Below, one piece after another: positions 39,644 to 54,020 of a stretch of DNA of 64,000 nt. Position 1 is the stretch's first letter. Each line of letters begins with the position of its first letter. This stretch comes from a virus: positions 32,001 through 96,000 of IMG/VR virus record IMGVR_UViG_3300037316_000027. One strand, given 5' to 3'. The translations under genes and the position numbers were made by a program. Below the pieces are notes generated by a model. That model saw only the letters and a program-made list of their open reading frames with translations. It did not search any database and was not told where the DNA came from.

Positions 39644-42600
39644 GGAACGCACCATGCTGCCGAAAGTCATCAACTTCATCCCTCGTGGCCACTGCGGGTT
39701 TCTCCCGCAGCGGTACTTCTACCGCGTCGTCGGGAAGCGCGCGCCCAAGAAGGGCGAGTTCTATCTGTCCGGCGCGATCGTCGAAGCTTACGAGGCCCTG
39801 TTCGACATGGCGGACGAATACACCATCGTCGAAAAGGCCCATCGGGCCAAGACGATTACGATTGAGGTTCCAGCATGACCCGGCCGGTCGAAATGTCCGA
39901 AGGGTTCGCCGCGTTCTACGTCGGCGCGAACAAGAAGTGGCGCGTCGCACGCGACGCCCGGGGTGAGATAATTCTGTGCGAGACCGAAGCTCTCGCGAAC
40001 TCTGTCGCCCGCTACCGCAGGCGTCGTCTGAAAATCTGGAGCTGAGAAAATGCCGAAATTTACCGCCCTCTCTATCGAAGACCTTTTCACCGCAGAACGC
40101 GACGCCGGTCGCGTCGCCCGCAAGGTCGAGTACATCGTCGCATGCGAAGCGAGCGATGGCACTTGGTGCGAATTCGACGCCGATACCCTTCTGCACGCGA
40201 GCCTTCTGGCGGACAATGCAGTCGATAAGCTCGGGGCTCGCGGCTGCTCGGTTTGGCGCGTGCGCCTGATCGATGGTAAGCTCGTGGGCACCAGCGGACA
40301 GCTCCCCGGTCGGCTTCCCTTGTATAAACACTTCGCTGCTTGAACCCCAAGCTGTCCCTCGTTCGACGACAGCGCCAACTTCTAACGGAGCAAACCATGA
40401 GCAAGATCACGTACCATGCCGAAGATGAAACCGATACCAAGGTTCGCGTCTATTCTGGTGGCCTTCGCGTCGGCACCATCAAGCAGGAGACCGAGGCTGG
40501 TAGCGAAGGCTATCGCTACTACCCGAAGGGCAACAAGTACGGCGGCGACTTCTACAAGTCGCTGGCCGCGTGCAAACGATCACTGGAGGGTTGAGCCGTG
40601 GCAAAACACTGGAGCGATGTTCTGGTCTGTCAGTGCGGCAAGCGATTTCGATCGATGTCGGCTGAGGCCGTGCACCGGCACAACTTCCCGGCGCTCTGTC
40701 GGCGCAAGCCGAAGGCCGCGTGGGAAGTCGTCGCTGGGCTGGAGTGGACGCGCAAGCAGGACGGCTTCGATAACTCGGGTCGTCCGATGTACGAATACGA
40801 GGCGCACCATGGGAAAATTCATTTCGACATCGTCAAGAGCACGGACGCCGGGTTCGGCATCAGCGTGCATGACGGCGAGAAGTATCTGACCCATCACTTC
40901 GGCATCGAATGGCGGCGCACGCTTGGCAATTGTCAGGCCCGCGCCGTGCAGATCATGAACCTTGTTAGAGCAAAGGAAAAGTCATGCACGGTCTAGGTGA
41001 GATCAGGCGGATGAACAATAATCTCTCGCGTAACGGTCGGGGGTCGCCGTGGGAAGTTCGTTGGCCCACACGCTGGCCCGCGTCCGGCGAAAGAATTTTC
41101 AGTGTCGTCCGTGTCGCGGACGGCGTGGTCGAAAGTACGCACCCCAAACTCAGATTGGCCCGGCGCGCTGTCGTGACCCTGATCAAAAACGGGGAGCGCA
41201 CCGATGGTGCTTGACATTCACGACGAGATCATTTTGGAGCTTGCGCGGCTCCAACGGGCGGCCTTTGACGCCGTCCGCAAGCGCTGTGCTGAACAACAGC
41301 TCGGCGAGGCTTGGGTCGATTTCGAAACCGCCCATGTCGATGAACATCCGCGCAAGACTGCGTGACCTTTTCGCTGATCTTTTCGCGGCATCGTTTTTCA
41401 TAATTCGGCCATCAATTGCCCGGGATGCAGTCGGGATCGCATTGATTGAAGATCGTCGGCGGCTCCGGCTTCGGCGGCTCGGCCTTGTAGGCGCTCTTGA
41501 GCATATCGGCCGCGATCAGCTCGAAGTTGTCCCAGTTCTTCGAGTTGCTGGCTGTCAGCTCCGCCATGTCCCGCAGCATCTTCGCGGCCCCTGCCACGTC
41601 CATAATCTGGGTCACCTTAGCCATTTTGACCCCGCGCGGCGGCGATGACGTTCGCGTTGTCCTTGACGACCACGCTCTTGACCGCCTTGGCGACCTTGGT
41701 GAGCCCAGCCATGAGCCCGACCGGCGCAAGCGGGGCAACCCCACCCCGCTTCTTGCCGTGCGTTGGGTAGACCTTGCTACGCGCTACACCAGTGTACTGA
41801 CGACCGAGGAAGACCGGCCGCGCCTTGCGGTCACCGACCGGCTTGTGCGGGACCTGTGGCCCTTCGGAACGAACGCCCTTGACCGCGACCCTCTCGCCGG
41901 CCACGGCGATGAATGTCTTGGCATTGCGGTACGCCTTCTGAGGCGAGCGGTTTCGTTTCGTGCGGCGTGTCTTAGCCATCTGCTAATTTCCTGTCTAGTT
42001 TGGCGTTCATTGTCCGGAGGCGATCGAAGAAAACCTTTTCGATGTCCGCCCCGGCGCGAAGCAGCTTCTCGCCGGGGATCATCTCTTGAACTTGAGCGGT
42101 GCGACTACCCGCCGAAAAATCAACGATGCGAAAGAAAATCCCCTCGCTGGTTCGTGACAGGCAAAGCTCACGTTTCTCGGGGATGGCCCGGTAAAGCTCA
42201 TTCAAGTACAGTTCATCTCCTTGCGAATCATGCCTATCCGGTTAAAACCCATAGCCGCCAACCCTTGATGGTGCGGCAGCGTCGCCGAGCCAAGCCCACG
42301 GCCCCAGCTTGTACATCGTGACCCAATAAGCTGGCCACGTAGCTGCGATGATCGGGCCAAAAACAATAGTGACACTTGTGCGGGTAAAAGGAGGATAGTC
42401 GGGCACACCCTTGAGCCACACGAACTCCCAATGCAGCAAGGTTAGGATGCCGAGCGTGACGTAGAGCGCGAGGGCCTTAGTCGCTAGTCGTCTCACTCCG
42501 ATTTGCGTCATGATCTAGTCTCCTTGGGTGACAACCGGATAGGCATGTTGCGAATGATGGAGCCAGCCTGCTTTTGCCGCTCGGCCAAAAACGCGGTGAC

Positions 42601-45600
42601 CATTCCGGCTGGCATTGGTCCGAACACCACGGTCCCGGGACGATCGTTCTCGCGCTCGATCACGTAGGAGCCCGCCAGTTCGTGTCGGACGCCCCACGTA
42701 TATCGAATAAAGTTATCCATCGACAGTGCGGTAGTCGAGACCACCGTCCGTGTTCTTAGCGATGAATTCTTCAAGCCGGTCGATCAGATCGTGGGCCACG
42801 TGGTAGTTGAGCCCAATCGCGTTGTGCACTTCAGTCCGCGCGCGAAGCTCGTCAAGAAGCTGGCGCGTCGTAGCGCAGCCGAGCTGAGGCTCGTTGGGTG
42901 TCAGCGTGAAGTCCACCGCCGGCTTGGCGATTTCCTCGGCATAGTCCTTGAACCATGGGGCGATGTCCTGCGTGAGCGCCGCGAAGTGCTTCGCCTGCGC
43001 GGCAGCTTCATTCGGCGAAAAGCTCGCCCGCATCACAAGGCCCAGCCCCCGCAGGAGCAATTGTTCCGCCGACGTTGCCATGATCTTTCCTTCTCGGTTG
43101 AATGGTGCAGTAGATCGAGCCGTTCTCGACGCGCGCGTAGCTGATATGAACTAGCTCACCTTCGACGATCAAGTCAAGCAGGTATTTTCGTTCACATTCA
43201 TTTAGACAGCGCATCGGGGTCCGGGTTCATCTCGCTAGGGGCATGGTCATCCGTCGAGCCCTTGTAGCTTATCCGATCGCTGAGCGGGTCCGCTATGGTA
43301 GCGTAGAGCGTCTTGTCTGGCCCGGTGAAGTGGTAACCGTTCCCAGTGATGGCGGGCTCGACCGCGCGCGTCGGGTCAGACAGGATTGCCTTCGCAGCCG
43401 CGACCGTTGTGGCGTCGGGGCTCTTCCATGCGCCGGCTGACCCAGCTCCTAGGAAGTCGCCCCCGTGCCCATTGAACGGTGCCTCCGGAGTGATCGTGAG
43501 ACCGGTATCGACATAGACGCGTCCTGACGAGTGGTCAGCAAACTTGGTCTCGTACAGGAGCAGGTACGTCAACCAATCGCTGACCGTGGTGGGTTGGTTG
43601 GTTCCGGTGCGCCTCGCGACGCGAGCCGCGTGTGCCGCTGCATTGGTAAAGCCCCATCGATTGAGCGGGGTGCGACCTTGAAGCTTGCGCTGGATGTTCA
43701 CGCGCTCCAGTTGGCGCGGTGTCAGGAAGATCGAGGGCTTACGCTTGCCGAAGACTGGCGGCGCGTTGCGGAGCCAGTAAGCGACGATGCCCCCATCCCG
43801 GAAGCGCTCCCGCATCTTCTCGAACCCGGCCGGATCGAGCGGCGTGGGATGGTCGATCCCGGAAGATTTCGAGCGGGGCCAGCAGAAGAACGTGGCAAGT
43901 GCGGCCATGGTCATGCTGAGGACAAAAATCTCGAAGGGGGTCATGTGCCATCCAATGTAGTGCGCCACTGAAACGAAGCTCGGTGTGCGTCGTTGAAGTA
44001 GACCGGGGCCATGCGATCGCTGAACGAATTGAAATAGTATAGCAGCTTCTTTTCGGCTACCCACCGTATAGACCAGCCGGGCCGCATCAATTCATCGTTG
44101 CGAATGAAGCCGCCGTGTTCTGCCGTGTGGGTCGCGCTATTCAGGTCCATGGCCAGATCAATCCGAAGCCTGCGATGTACGAGAAAAATTCCAAGACCAC
44201 GATGCTTACCAGATACGCCGCGATGATAACCGCGACGGTGACAGCAAGAGCTTTGATCGCCCAAACTCTCATGCGCCGCCCGTGAAGAAGCCTGCGCTGT
44301 AGAGCACGAACAGGCCTAGCGCGGTGAAGGCTGTCGTGAGGGCGGCCGTGAAGTATTCACGGTCAATGACGCGAACGCCAACATTTACCATGCTGATGCC
44401 AAACCCCACGAGGAAGTACCATTGCTGCCAATGTAGCACGATCGGGGCAGTTGTCATGCGATGAAGCTCCGTATTGCGAGAATGAGCGGCGGTGCGAGGC
44501 ACACGGCCTCCGGGATCATGCTAAGCACGTCCTGAGTGGCCCGGTCAATAGCCTCGGCCATATTATTTTCGGGAGGGTTAACCGCCGGGCGCTCGTGCGC
44601 GTCCCACCCGGCAGTGAACGCGCCCTTGAGTAGCGCGCGGTCGCGAGCCGACGAACATAGTTCCGGCCACGCTTCGGCGACCCATTTCCTGTACGCTGCA
44701 TCGCGCACGATGTGATGCCGCTTATTTTCGCTCACGGTGACACTCCTGACAAACCCATTGGCCCGCGTCCGGCGTCGCGTTCTCGCATTGCGGCTTCCAC
44801 CACTCGCACTTTGCGCACATGAAGACGATCATGTCCAGCGCCGCGCAAAAATCCCTGTTGCTGTCGCAGCCTTCGAACTTCTCGTTGCCCTCGCGCGAAC
44901 AGAACTCGGCAAGGTCAATGGTCGTGTAGTTCAACCGCAGGGCCGCTTCGCCGGCCAGTGCGATGCTGTTGGTCATCACATCTCTCCGAAGCCGATACCG
45001 TCAACGCTACAACGCTCAGTACCATCCGGATCACGGGTCCTGCAATGCGGATAGTGACAGGGCGTCGGTCCATCGGTGCGATAGTTCTTGCAGAAGGCCG
45101 TGCTAGGCGGCGTCGCATAGGCGCGTCCCTCTGGCCCCCAGCCCTCAGTAACTCCCCTTGCCATTCGCAGCGCCCGCTCGCCTGCGCGGTCCTCCGGGAC
45201 CCAGCGGCGATAGCGGTAATGGTGCTCGTCGCCGGAGCCCCAGCCCCAGCCTTCGATCAGGACCCGCTCCCAGTGCAGCCATTCCAGCATGACGAGATCG
45301 CCTTCGATCGTGCGTCGCGGCCAGACGGCGAAGAAAATTCCGCACTGCTTGCGCGGTTTGCGTTTCAGGAGCATAGCGACGAAACCTCCACACGTGAAAT
45401 CTCTGCGGTGCGGTCGAGACCGGTGATCACCGAGACGCCGGGGACTTCGACTTCGAAAAAGGTGCCGTCCTTGAACATGAAGCGCAACGCGGTGTGATGG
45501 CCAGCCTGCGTAGTCTTCATCGACAGCGCGCGATCCGTGATGATCTGCTCGCCCGCGTAGCGTAGCCGCACGGGGACTGCTTCGCTGAGCGGGACAGGCT

Positions 45601-46031
45601 CGTCGAGATCGTGCGTGTGTGAAATGCCCCAGAGCCCGGCCATCGCGTGAACCCACACGATGCAGTGCGGATTGGCGCGCTCAGTGATCAGTGCTTTGAC
45701 TTCGGGAGACAGTGCGATCATAGCGCCCCCAGTGCGGCGCGCATCGCCGCGCGCCCGCGAAAACGGTCGAGCCAAATCTCCGCATCCGTGTAGCTGCGCG
45801 CGCCCTCGCAGCGGATGATCTGGTAGGTGATGCTGTCGGAGCCCGGGCCTTCAGGGATCGGAGCTTCCATCCGGTCTTCGCGGATGATCTGATAGTCATG
45901 CATGCCGCCGCCGTGACGCATGATGCGCCAGCACGCGGCTTCAGCACAGTACGCGGCATGGGCGCGATCGAGCGTCTCTTCATCGAACTCCATCGCCTTG
46001 ATGGAAGATGCAAACCGTTTACGGGGGGTGC

Positions 46032-46541
46032 TCATAGCAGCGGCATTTCGGGATGTGGCACATCAACGAGCACACTGCACATGAGCAGCACGTCGCGCGG
46101 TGCGATGTGATGAAACGGAACGGTCAGGACGTACGGGAGGATTTTGCCGTGTCGCATCGCTGCCGTCGTGATTGCGGAACAGATCAGCTCACCCTGCTTG
46201 TGCAAATTCAACGAGGGAGCGATGAAGCTGATGAGCGAGCGCCAGTCATACGGCTCATTGTTGACTTTACTTTCGAGGTAGCCGTAGTACGTATCCGCCT
46301 GTTTCTGCGTGCATGGAATTTCAACGAAGAACTCCGCCTTCAAGGTCGCGTCGTCATACCCCTTCGGGCGTTTCCGCAAGCCTCCTGAGATATGCTCTCC
46401 GTAGTACCACTGACCATCCGGAGAAACACTCTCGACGTGGTTAGGCGTAAAAGGCATTGCGATGCCTGCTTGCACACGAATGAGCCAAGGCATGAAGCCT
46501 TTCTGGGCGATGAACCTGATGACTACTTTTGCTTCACTCAT
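46032..46541 (-). CDS. Permuted papain-like (NlpC/P60 YiiX-type) amidase
   Basis: N-terminal His (PNHVE), PYDW, C-terminal LICS catalytic Cys order. Confidence 0.6.
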   Translation of the reverse strand: MSEAKVVIRFIAQKGFMPWLIRVQAGIAMPFTPNHVESVSPDGQWYYGEHISGGLRKRPKGYDDATLKAEFFVEIPCTQKQADTYYGYLESKVNNEPYDWRSLISFIAPSLNLHKQGELICSAITTAAMRHGKILPYVLTVPFHHIAPRDVLLMCSVLVDVPHPEMPLL

Positions 46542-49500
46542 GACTTCAACCTAATCGTTGAAACGGGATACCAGCGACGCGGCCGATGAAGTTCGGCTTC
46601 GACGAATTCGTCCGGGTCGTCGAATGTAAAGCACAGGCCGTGAGCTTCGTCAAGTCGCAGCCCCTTGACCGTGCCGGCCTCGCCGTTAAACGTCTGCACA
46701 GCGGAGCCGACAAGGTCGTCCTCGGCCAGATGAAGCCACTTCAGGATGCTGACGACGGCGCGCTCGTAATCGTGGTGCGTCACAGGTCTTCTCCCAGACG
46801 ATCTTCCCACGCCTCGTATACGGCCGTCTCAAGCTCGCCAATGTAATCGAGTAGCGTGATCACGTTTTCGGGCGTCACGCACACGTAGTAGTTTGCTTGC
46901 TTCGCCTGCTCGCGGAGCTGATGCTGAAGTGTGGCGTGCCTGCCAATGGGTGGGCTCATTGGAATTCCCCTTCATCGTACAGCTCCAGCCCGGAGAAGCG
47001 GGCGCGCGCGCCCTCGCGGCTCTCCCGGATTTCGCGGGCCTTCTCTTTCGTAGACTTTGAGCGGCGAAACTGAGCGGGCTCCGGCAGCATCGGTACTCCG
47101 GGTGCCCACGGCTCTATCGCGGCCCGCTCGGCGAGCTGGCGCGTCAGCTTTCTCGACAGTGGCGGCGCATCGGTCTCGACCTTTTCGACAGGGGCTCCCG
47201 CCCTCTCTGCATTCTCGACGGTCACTGCGCCCATCTCGGCAACGATCTTGATCTCGCCGGCAGACATGCGATCGGTCTCGTCGGTCGTGAAACTGATCAG
47301 CCCCTTACGCAACAGGTATTCCCCGAACGCGGCTGCGAGGCTACGCTTGATCGGCTCCTGAAACTTGCGCGCCTGTTCGATGTTGTACTCGCTGACGACC
47401 TTGAGCGCGCGGACCTTTTGGTACTGCACCATGGGCACGCACTGCGGGCAATCGAATTCACGATACACGTGGTCCAGCATGGTCATCTCTTCAGCCGGCG
47501 TCGGCGCGCACTCAAGCTCATGGTGCCGCATCAATCGTACGCGCTTGGCATCCTGACAAATGTCACACTTCACGGAAGTAGAACTCCCCAAACATGATCG
47601 TTGCAACAAAGACCGCGCCGCCCAAAAACGCGCCGGAACCCCAAAGTTCTCCGCTGAAGATTGCGACGATCGGCCGACCTAGGCACTCCAAAATCGAGCC
47701 GATCACAATTCCGTCTGCTATATGCTTGATCGTCATCGCAGCGCCGTCACGTACATGATCAAACTGAAGGCGGCAGCAAAGCTAAGCCAGCTAGCGAGCG
47801 CAGCCCAGCGAGCGTGACGCTGCGCTCGCTCGCGCATACCCTCGCTACGGAGATGGTCGCGCGCGACAAGACGAAACAGCCTGCCGAGATTGGGGCTGTC
47901 GTCGAACAGTTCATCTTTGAAGTCGGGACCCCCGAATTCGGTCACTAGCATATCTCCTGCTTCTGATGACGCTTCCGTCGTCGTCGATTGGCGCGGATAC
48001 AATGGACAGCGGCGAAGGCCGCGATAGAGACAGTCCCCAGCCCGACGCCAGAGAGCGATGCGGTCGGAGGCGCGAACATCACCATGGCAGTGCTGACGGC
48101 AAGCGTGAATGGCGCACCGTAGATGACGGCGCGCTCAGTACGTTCGTGATGTGGATGCGTCACCGCAATTCTCCGATGGCAATTACCAGAGCTACGATTA
48201 CGCCGGACCATAACACGAGCCCGACCAGTTCGCAACGAGTAATTCGGTCACAGGAAGACATACGCGTAGGCTCCGACGAGAAAGATGCATAGGACCGTAG
48301 CCCAGAAGCCAATTTCGTAATTGCGCTCGCTGCTCTCACGCTCGCGCCGACGCCGCGCCGTGATCATGCGATTGCGGTCGCGGATGCGGAGCTGCTTCTT
48401 CAGCTCCCACTTCTCGTCGAATGTCAGGCCCGCGAACTCTGGGCCAGTCATGTCGAATGGGTTCTCGTGATGGTTCATGCGAACGCCGCGAACGCAATAG
48501 CGAGGATCAAAAGCAACATGCCTATCCGGTTTAGACACACGGCCCTAGATGTTGTGGTCATGTGTCGTCCTCTTCTGCGTAGGCTCCGGGCTTGCAGGTT
48601 TCCCATCCGCCGTCATGGTGGTCGGTGTAACAGGTTTCGCACCATGTACGATTGCCTTCACAGACCGGACATTGATGAACATTGCAGCGGTTGCCTTCCC
48701 CGAGCGCCGCGATATCCGCGTCGCCCCGTAACAGGCTTTGGCAGGGCTGCTTCCCAATTGTGTAACGGTGTTGCGGTTTCATGGCGTATTCCGATTTAGA
48801 CGGACTTCATCTTGTAGGGCCTCGCGGGCATAGCGGTGCATATTGTGGATGGTATCGAGCAGCCCCATTTCGCCCGTGCCGCTCTCATTGGCGCACTGCT
48901 CGATGCGCTCAAGGGAGCCCCAGATGTGCACGCGAGCCTCCTGCCGGTTCACGACATTGCTCCGAAGACCAGCGCGATGACCGCGAGCACGGCGGCAACG
49001 ATCCAGAAGATATGCGCCCGCGTCTCCAGCCGGTTCGTATCGCCCAGCTCCTGCATGAGCTGCATGCGGCGCTGATGGCGCGCTTGCGCCCAGATACGAT
49101 CAGCGTCGTCGCTCGGCCGACGAGCACGCGGCACGCCAGCTTCGTCCAAGACCTGTTCCATCGGCGTCCCGAGCGGAATGATTTCGGGATCAGCGCGTGT
49201 GTTCGGCGGCGTCACGCCTGAGCGCGGACCGCCGCCTCGGGGTCCCATCACTGCACTCATGGCACGTTGCTCCCTGTTCCGTATGCGCCGCCCTGATCAT
49301 GCCGGCTACCGGCGACGATGCACGTGATGATGAAGCCGATGAAGCACACGACGGCGGCAACCGCCACGTGACTAGGGTGCGCGACGAACGGCGAGCTGAG
49401 AGCAAACGCGGCGGTGAAGCCGAGCAGCGTGCGGGCTGCGATAGCTTCGTGCTTGCGCTGACGTATGACCTTGCCCTCAGCGATCGTGGGGAAGTGAGGC

Positions 49501-52500
49501 GAGAGGCGACGACGACTATCTCCCAGCGGCGGCATTGGGTCGGAGCCTGCGGCGGCGGCGGCGATCTGGCGAAGCTCCTGATTGACTGCCGCGTCGGCGC
49601 GAAGGGCTTCATGGCATCCGTATGGGGCGCAGAGAGCCGGGTGAAAGCCGACGATGCGATCGTCACCGACCCGGGGATTGCATCGGCGCGGACGAGCAGC
49701 CCACGCGTGGGCCAGTCCCGGCTCTTCGTTGAGATGCTGTTGCCAGCTCTGTTCCGATATCTGTCCGCTGAGGTAGCAGTCGATCAGATCGCGATTGCGT
49801 TCGCTCGTTGACATCTTGTGTTCGAACTTCATAGGATGTCCTCAATGCTTCGGCGGAAGCGGTCCGCCTCCGATAGCTCAACTCCTAAACCATCATCCTC
49901 GGTCGTGTCAAGCGGTTCGATGGGGTCCGGCCCTTCTTGCGCAGTTTGGTTAACGAACTGACCCGGATCGAGCGCGGCGGTGATGTTTTCCGCGCTGTAT
50001 TCGTCGAGTACGATCGTAATAGAGGCCTGCGTCTCGGTATCTTCCGCACCGGCCTCTAGCGAGGCGATATGGGCCGCCGCCGCTGCCTGCGCCTTGAGAA
50101 ATTTCCATGCTTCGCGCCGTTCGGTCGCAAGGGTCCGCGCGCAATGGGCGCAGCCGCCGCCGATGTAACGCTCGGTCGTACCGCACGCTGCATGCGGGCT
50201 GCCGGTGTAAGTCTTGAAGCCGAGCGCGATTGCGTTCTGGCGATCGAGGTTGGTTGGTCTTCCGCCGCTCATGGTGTGTTCCTTTTGATTACGTCGCGCA
50301 CGATCTGATCGAAGTGGTAGTCGATCCACAGTCGCAGATACGCAGCCGCGAAGCGTTTGAAGTATTCAATCCCGGGGGTCATACGGTTTCCTCCGGGACA
50401 TCGGTCGCATGCCGTGCTGTTGCGACACAACGTCGATCAGCATGTCGGCGAGCGCACCATACGAGCGAATGACTTCGCTGCGCTGGTAGTCGTTGCGGCA
50501 GAGCTTGAGCGCGGGGCGTTGCGCCTCTTCGACGCGCACTTGGATATCGCGAACCTGTCGCTGGAGCGGGGTGTCCTCGGTCATTTCATCCCCTCCCCCG
50601 AAATTTGTCAGTCATCGCTTCAGGCCCTCTCTGGCGATCTTCTGGATATCGTCGTGCGCGTTCACGTGCTCGACGATATGCCGTAGCACCGCTCGCAGGC
50701 GTTCCACGTCGCGCCGGAGCTGAGCCGCGTCGTCTTCGGCTGCCATGCGCAGGAACGCATTGTCGCCGCCGTAGCTCTCGTATCGAATTCCCATGTCAGT
50801 CATCCTCGCTGCACGCGACGCATTTGCCGGGCAGGCGGACGCGCTAACTTCCGACACGAGACGATCTTGTGTTCGACGATATCGACTTCCACGCGACATA
50901 CGTCACCGGCTTCGTAGGCCCCCGCGCCCATTGGTTGTGCGCTCCAGAGCGGTGCGCTCCAGAGCGGCCCCGACGTGATGGTGTAGCAGCCAACGCTCTT
51001 GCCCTTCGCGTTTTTGATCCACTCGAATTTCGGGCTGGGATTGCCGCGCCGCGTGAGCGAGCCCGGCTCGGGCGCGATCGACGTGGTGTTGCCCAGACAA
51101 TACCGCCGACTTTCGCAAAGCGGATTGGAGCAGCTAGCGCAGCGCACGAACGGGCGCTCGAATTCATCGCGCGTGTGTTCGATCTTCATTTGGGGTGCAC
51201 CGCGAATGCCGGCATCACGTCCTGCCGTTATAGATGGCTTTGAGCTTGGCTTGCAACGCGCTAAACGCGGCCATCACTTCGCGATGCTCGGTGATAAGCT
51301 CGTCGCTGACTTCGTAATCGCCATCATCATCATGATTGTCGTCGAAGTCGAAATACGGATAAAGCTCGTCGCGGTAGATGTAGCGCTTAGGCATCACACA
51401 TTGACCTTTCGCTTGACGCGGTTGTCCCACTCGTCACCGCCGGTCGGTTGCTCAAGCCATTGATCGACCGTGGTGCGCATCTCCGTGGTGTAGCGGCGGA
51501 TCAGGCGGAAGTTACGTGACGGGAACGACGCTTCGGCCCAGCCCTTGCCGCCGGAGAAGCGCACGGTAGGATTGCGCAGACCAACGAGTAAGATATTCGT
51601 CTCGCGCCTCTTACAGATCGAGCGCACCGTGTAGCGTTGGCCGACCACGGGCGGAGTGACGCGCCACTGTCGCGCGGCGCGGTGCCACTCGGGCGTGAGG
51701 CCCTTGATGCATTCGACTTCGTCGCTGGGTCCCATCACGCACCTTCTTCGTTGTCGTCGGCGTCTTCCTCGCGGCCGGCCTCTGCAAAACTCCAACTGTA
51801 CCAGAATTGAATACTGTTGCAGGAGATCGGCATCTTCGTGCGCCCGTCCAGCGGTTCGTTGTGCTGCATGAGGCCGGGCAGCGGAAAATGTTCTCCGTCA
51901 GACGTGACCCGATCGAAGCCGGCGATCAAGCCATTAGAGCCGAAGCTTGGCTTGATGTCGTCGCCCGTGTGGAAGATGACGGGCTCCGCGAGAACGAAGT
52001 GGCGCGGCTGCGTTCGCTGATCGGCGGCCGACGCGTGATCGCCTCGCGGCTCGTACTCCGGGCCGCGACCGACCCAATTGCGGAACAGGTACTCGCCGAC
52101 GCACAGCGCTTCGAAATTGACACGGGGAAAAGCTCGCATAACGTTTCCGAAAAGTTGCGGTTCGACCCATGGAGCGTCGGGAGTTTCGGACGGCTCGGGG
52201 ATCACGCGGCGGCCGACGCGTTGAATGTCCGCCGCCGTAGGCAGGGGCTTCATTGGCTCCGGTGCGTGATCGCCGACAGCGACCGCGTCGCGCGGTGTCT
52301 GTTCGAGACGGGCGCGGGCTTCGGCGAGTAGTTGACGCGTGATGTCCGCGCCGAGTTCATCGCCAGCGCGGACGCGTTCGAACATCAGGTCGCCGAGAAT
52401 TCTGACGGCCGCAGTGCGGCGTTCGTAGAGGGTCGTCATGATTTGGCATCCTCGATCTTGCAACTGAGATCATCAAGGTCACACTGTTCGAGTGCGTACT

Positions 52501-52899
52501 GCACTTCCTCCAACAGCGTCGCCGAGTTCTCGGCAGCAGTGCCCTTGTCGCCGCTCTGCATGTTCTCCGGCATGTTGTCGTAGAACTCGCGCTCTTCCGG
52601 CGCGACGGCTTCGATGATGTCCACCAAGGCCTCGAAGTCGGATTTGATTTTCTCGATCAGGTCTTGCGCCTTGGCAAGCTCTTTGCGGCGGGCGGCGTTC
52701 ATTGGCGATGGCTCTTGTGATCATGCTCGGTCGCGAGGATGCGCGCGCGGGTCAGCTTAATCTGGGTCATCAGGTCGTCGTTGATCGGCGAGGCTGATGT
52801 GATCCACAAGGTGCGCATGATCACGAGCTGATTGCTCAGTAGCAGGAGAAGGTCTTCGCGTGACATCGTTCACTCCAGATTTGCCGGACCGGCGGAGCT

Positions 52900-54020
52900 T
52901 TTGCCTAGTTGAAAACCGGAACTGTGTCAAGGGAAGTTTTTCTTAAACCCGAATTTTTAATTTTTCTGAATTCCGACTTGAAAACCGGAAGGTGTGTGCG
53001 CACAAGGGCACATAGCACTTTCGGCCGATCGCCGATTTTGGGGTCCTACCCCGTATGTCTGCGCCGCCACGGTAGCACCAACCTTGCCAGCCCCTCAAGC
53101 ACGCGCAGGTTGTAATTCATCATGTGGTTTATAATTAAGGTTAATGGTTCGATCTGCTAACGTGGTTACTAGTTAAGGTTAATAGGCTCCCTACCCTAGG
53201 GCTGGCGTTAACGTTAATAGTTAAGGTTAATGCACGATAGTCTAGCGTAGCGCATGCTGGCGTTAACCTTAATAGTTAAGGTTAACGCCAAGTGGTATAG
53301 TAGTAGGGTTGACAGCCCCCTACAGGGGTGGTTAACCTTAATTAGTAACCCTACCTACAGCCGGGGGCTTGTGTAACGCCCTGATACAGGGTATAAGTGC
53401 TTGATATTGCTAGCCAAAGGGCGTTGGTAGGGTTAATAGTTAAGATTTACCTAGCTCCGTGTACGTTAAGGTTAATGAGTAAGGTTAACGCGCCCCTGAT
53501 TAGGGTTAATCTTAACTATGTTGACAGCCGGCGCTTGACATGCATGCGCTACGGTAGCAGATGGCGGATGCCAACTAAGCGGCGGAGCAACCATAGACCC
53601 GACAATCAATCGCTCATCATGTTCAGATGGTGTACCGAGCGGCTGAGCGATAATCAAATCAAGCACTTAAGAGCCGATTATACAGGAAACTTGTGATGTT
53701 TTGCATGGTGGCCTTTCTGAGTATAGCCGATATACTGACACTTCCGATAGTGTATATCCTGTATTCTGTAGCATGAACTTAGAGAAGACAGTAAGGACCA
53801 TGTGTAACCGTGAATAAGCGATTGATTTGTCAACTATAAAAGCCTCTCACTCTTCATTGAGTTAATCACAGGCTTCACTGAGTACCTGAGTAGAAGATTG
53901 TCCAACAGTTTCAAGGATCGGCACCCGGCCAGCCCGCTCAAAGCGGCAAAACTTGACAGTGTCAGAAACCCGTGATAATGACCCCAAACGACCCCTCAAA
54001 AACGACCCCTAAAAAGGCAT
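52900..54020. repeat. AT-rich non-coding block with TTAAGGTTAA/TTAACCTTAA repeat array at the strand switch
   Basis: At least seven TTAAnnTTAA units between 53135 and 53520, a palindrome at 53259-53289, repeated TTGAAAACCGGAA and AAACGACCCCT; no credible gene. Confidence 0.75.

Larger units (their letters stand above)
36379..52870 (-). other. Dense array of small hypothetical phage genes (mostly minus strand; plus-strand island ~39230-41214)
   Basis: Tightly coupled 60-250 aa ORFs with ATGA overlaps, e.g. 36846-37166, 38105-38365, 38547-38840, 41617-41979, 42713-43081, 45365-45721, 45718-46035, 49829-50272, 51735-52439, 52436-52702. Confidence 0.7.

Noticed and set aside
53130-53520. CRISPR array
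   Set aside because: Repeats are ~10 bp, in both orientations and irregularly spaced; there are no 25-40 bp repeat/spacer units and no cas genes.
53135-53520. Canonical CtrA boxes in the TTAA array
   Set aside because: TTAA spacings are 2, 3, 8 or 9 bp rather than 7; only half-site resemblance.
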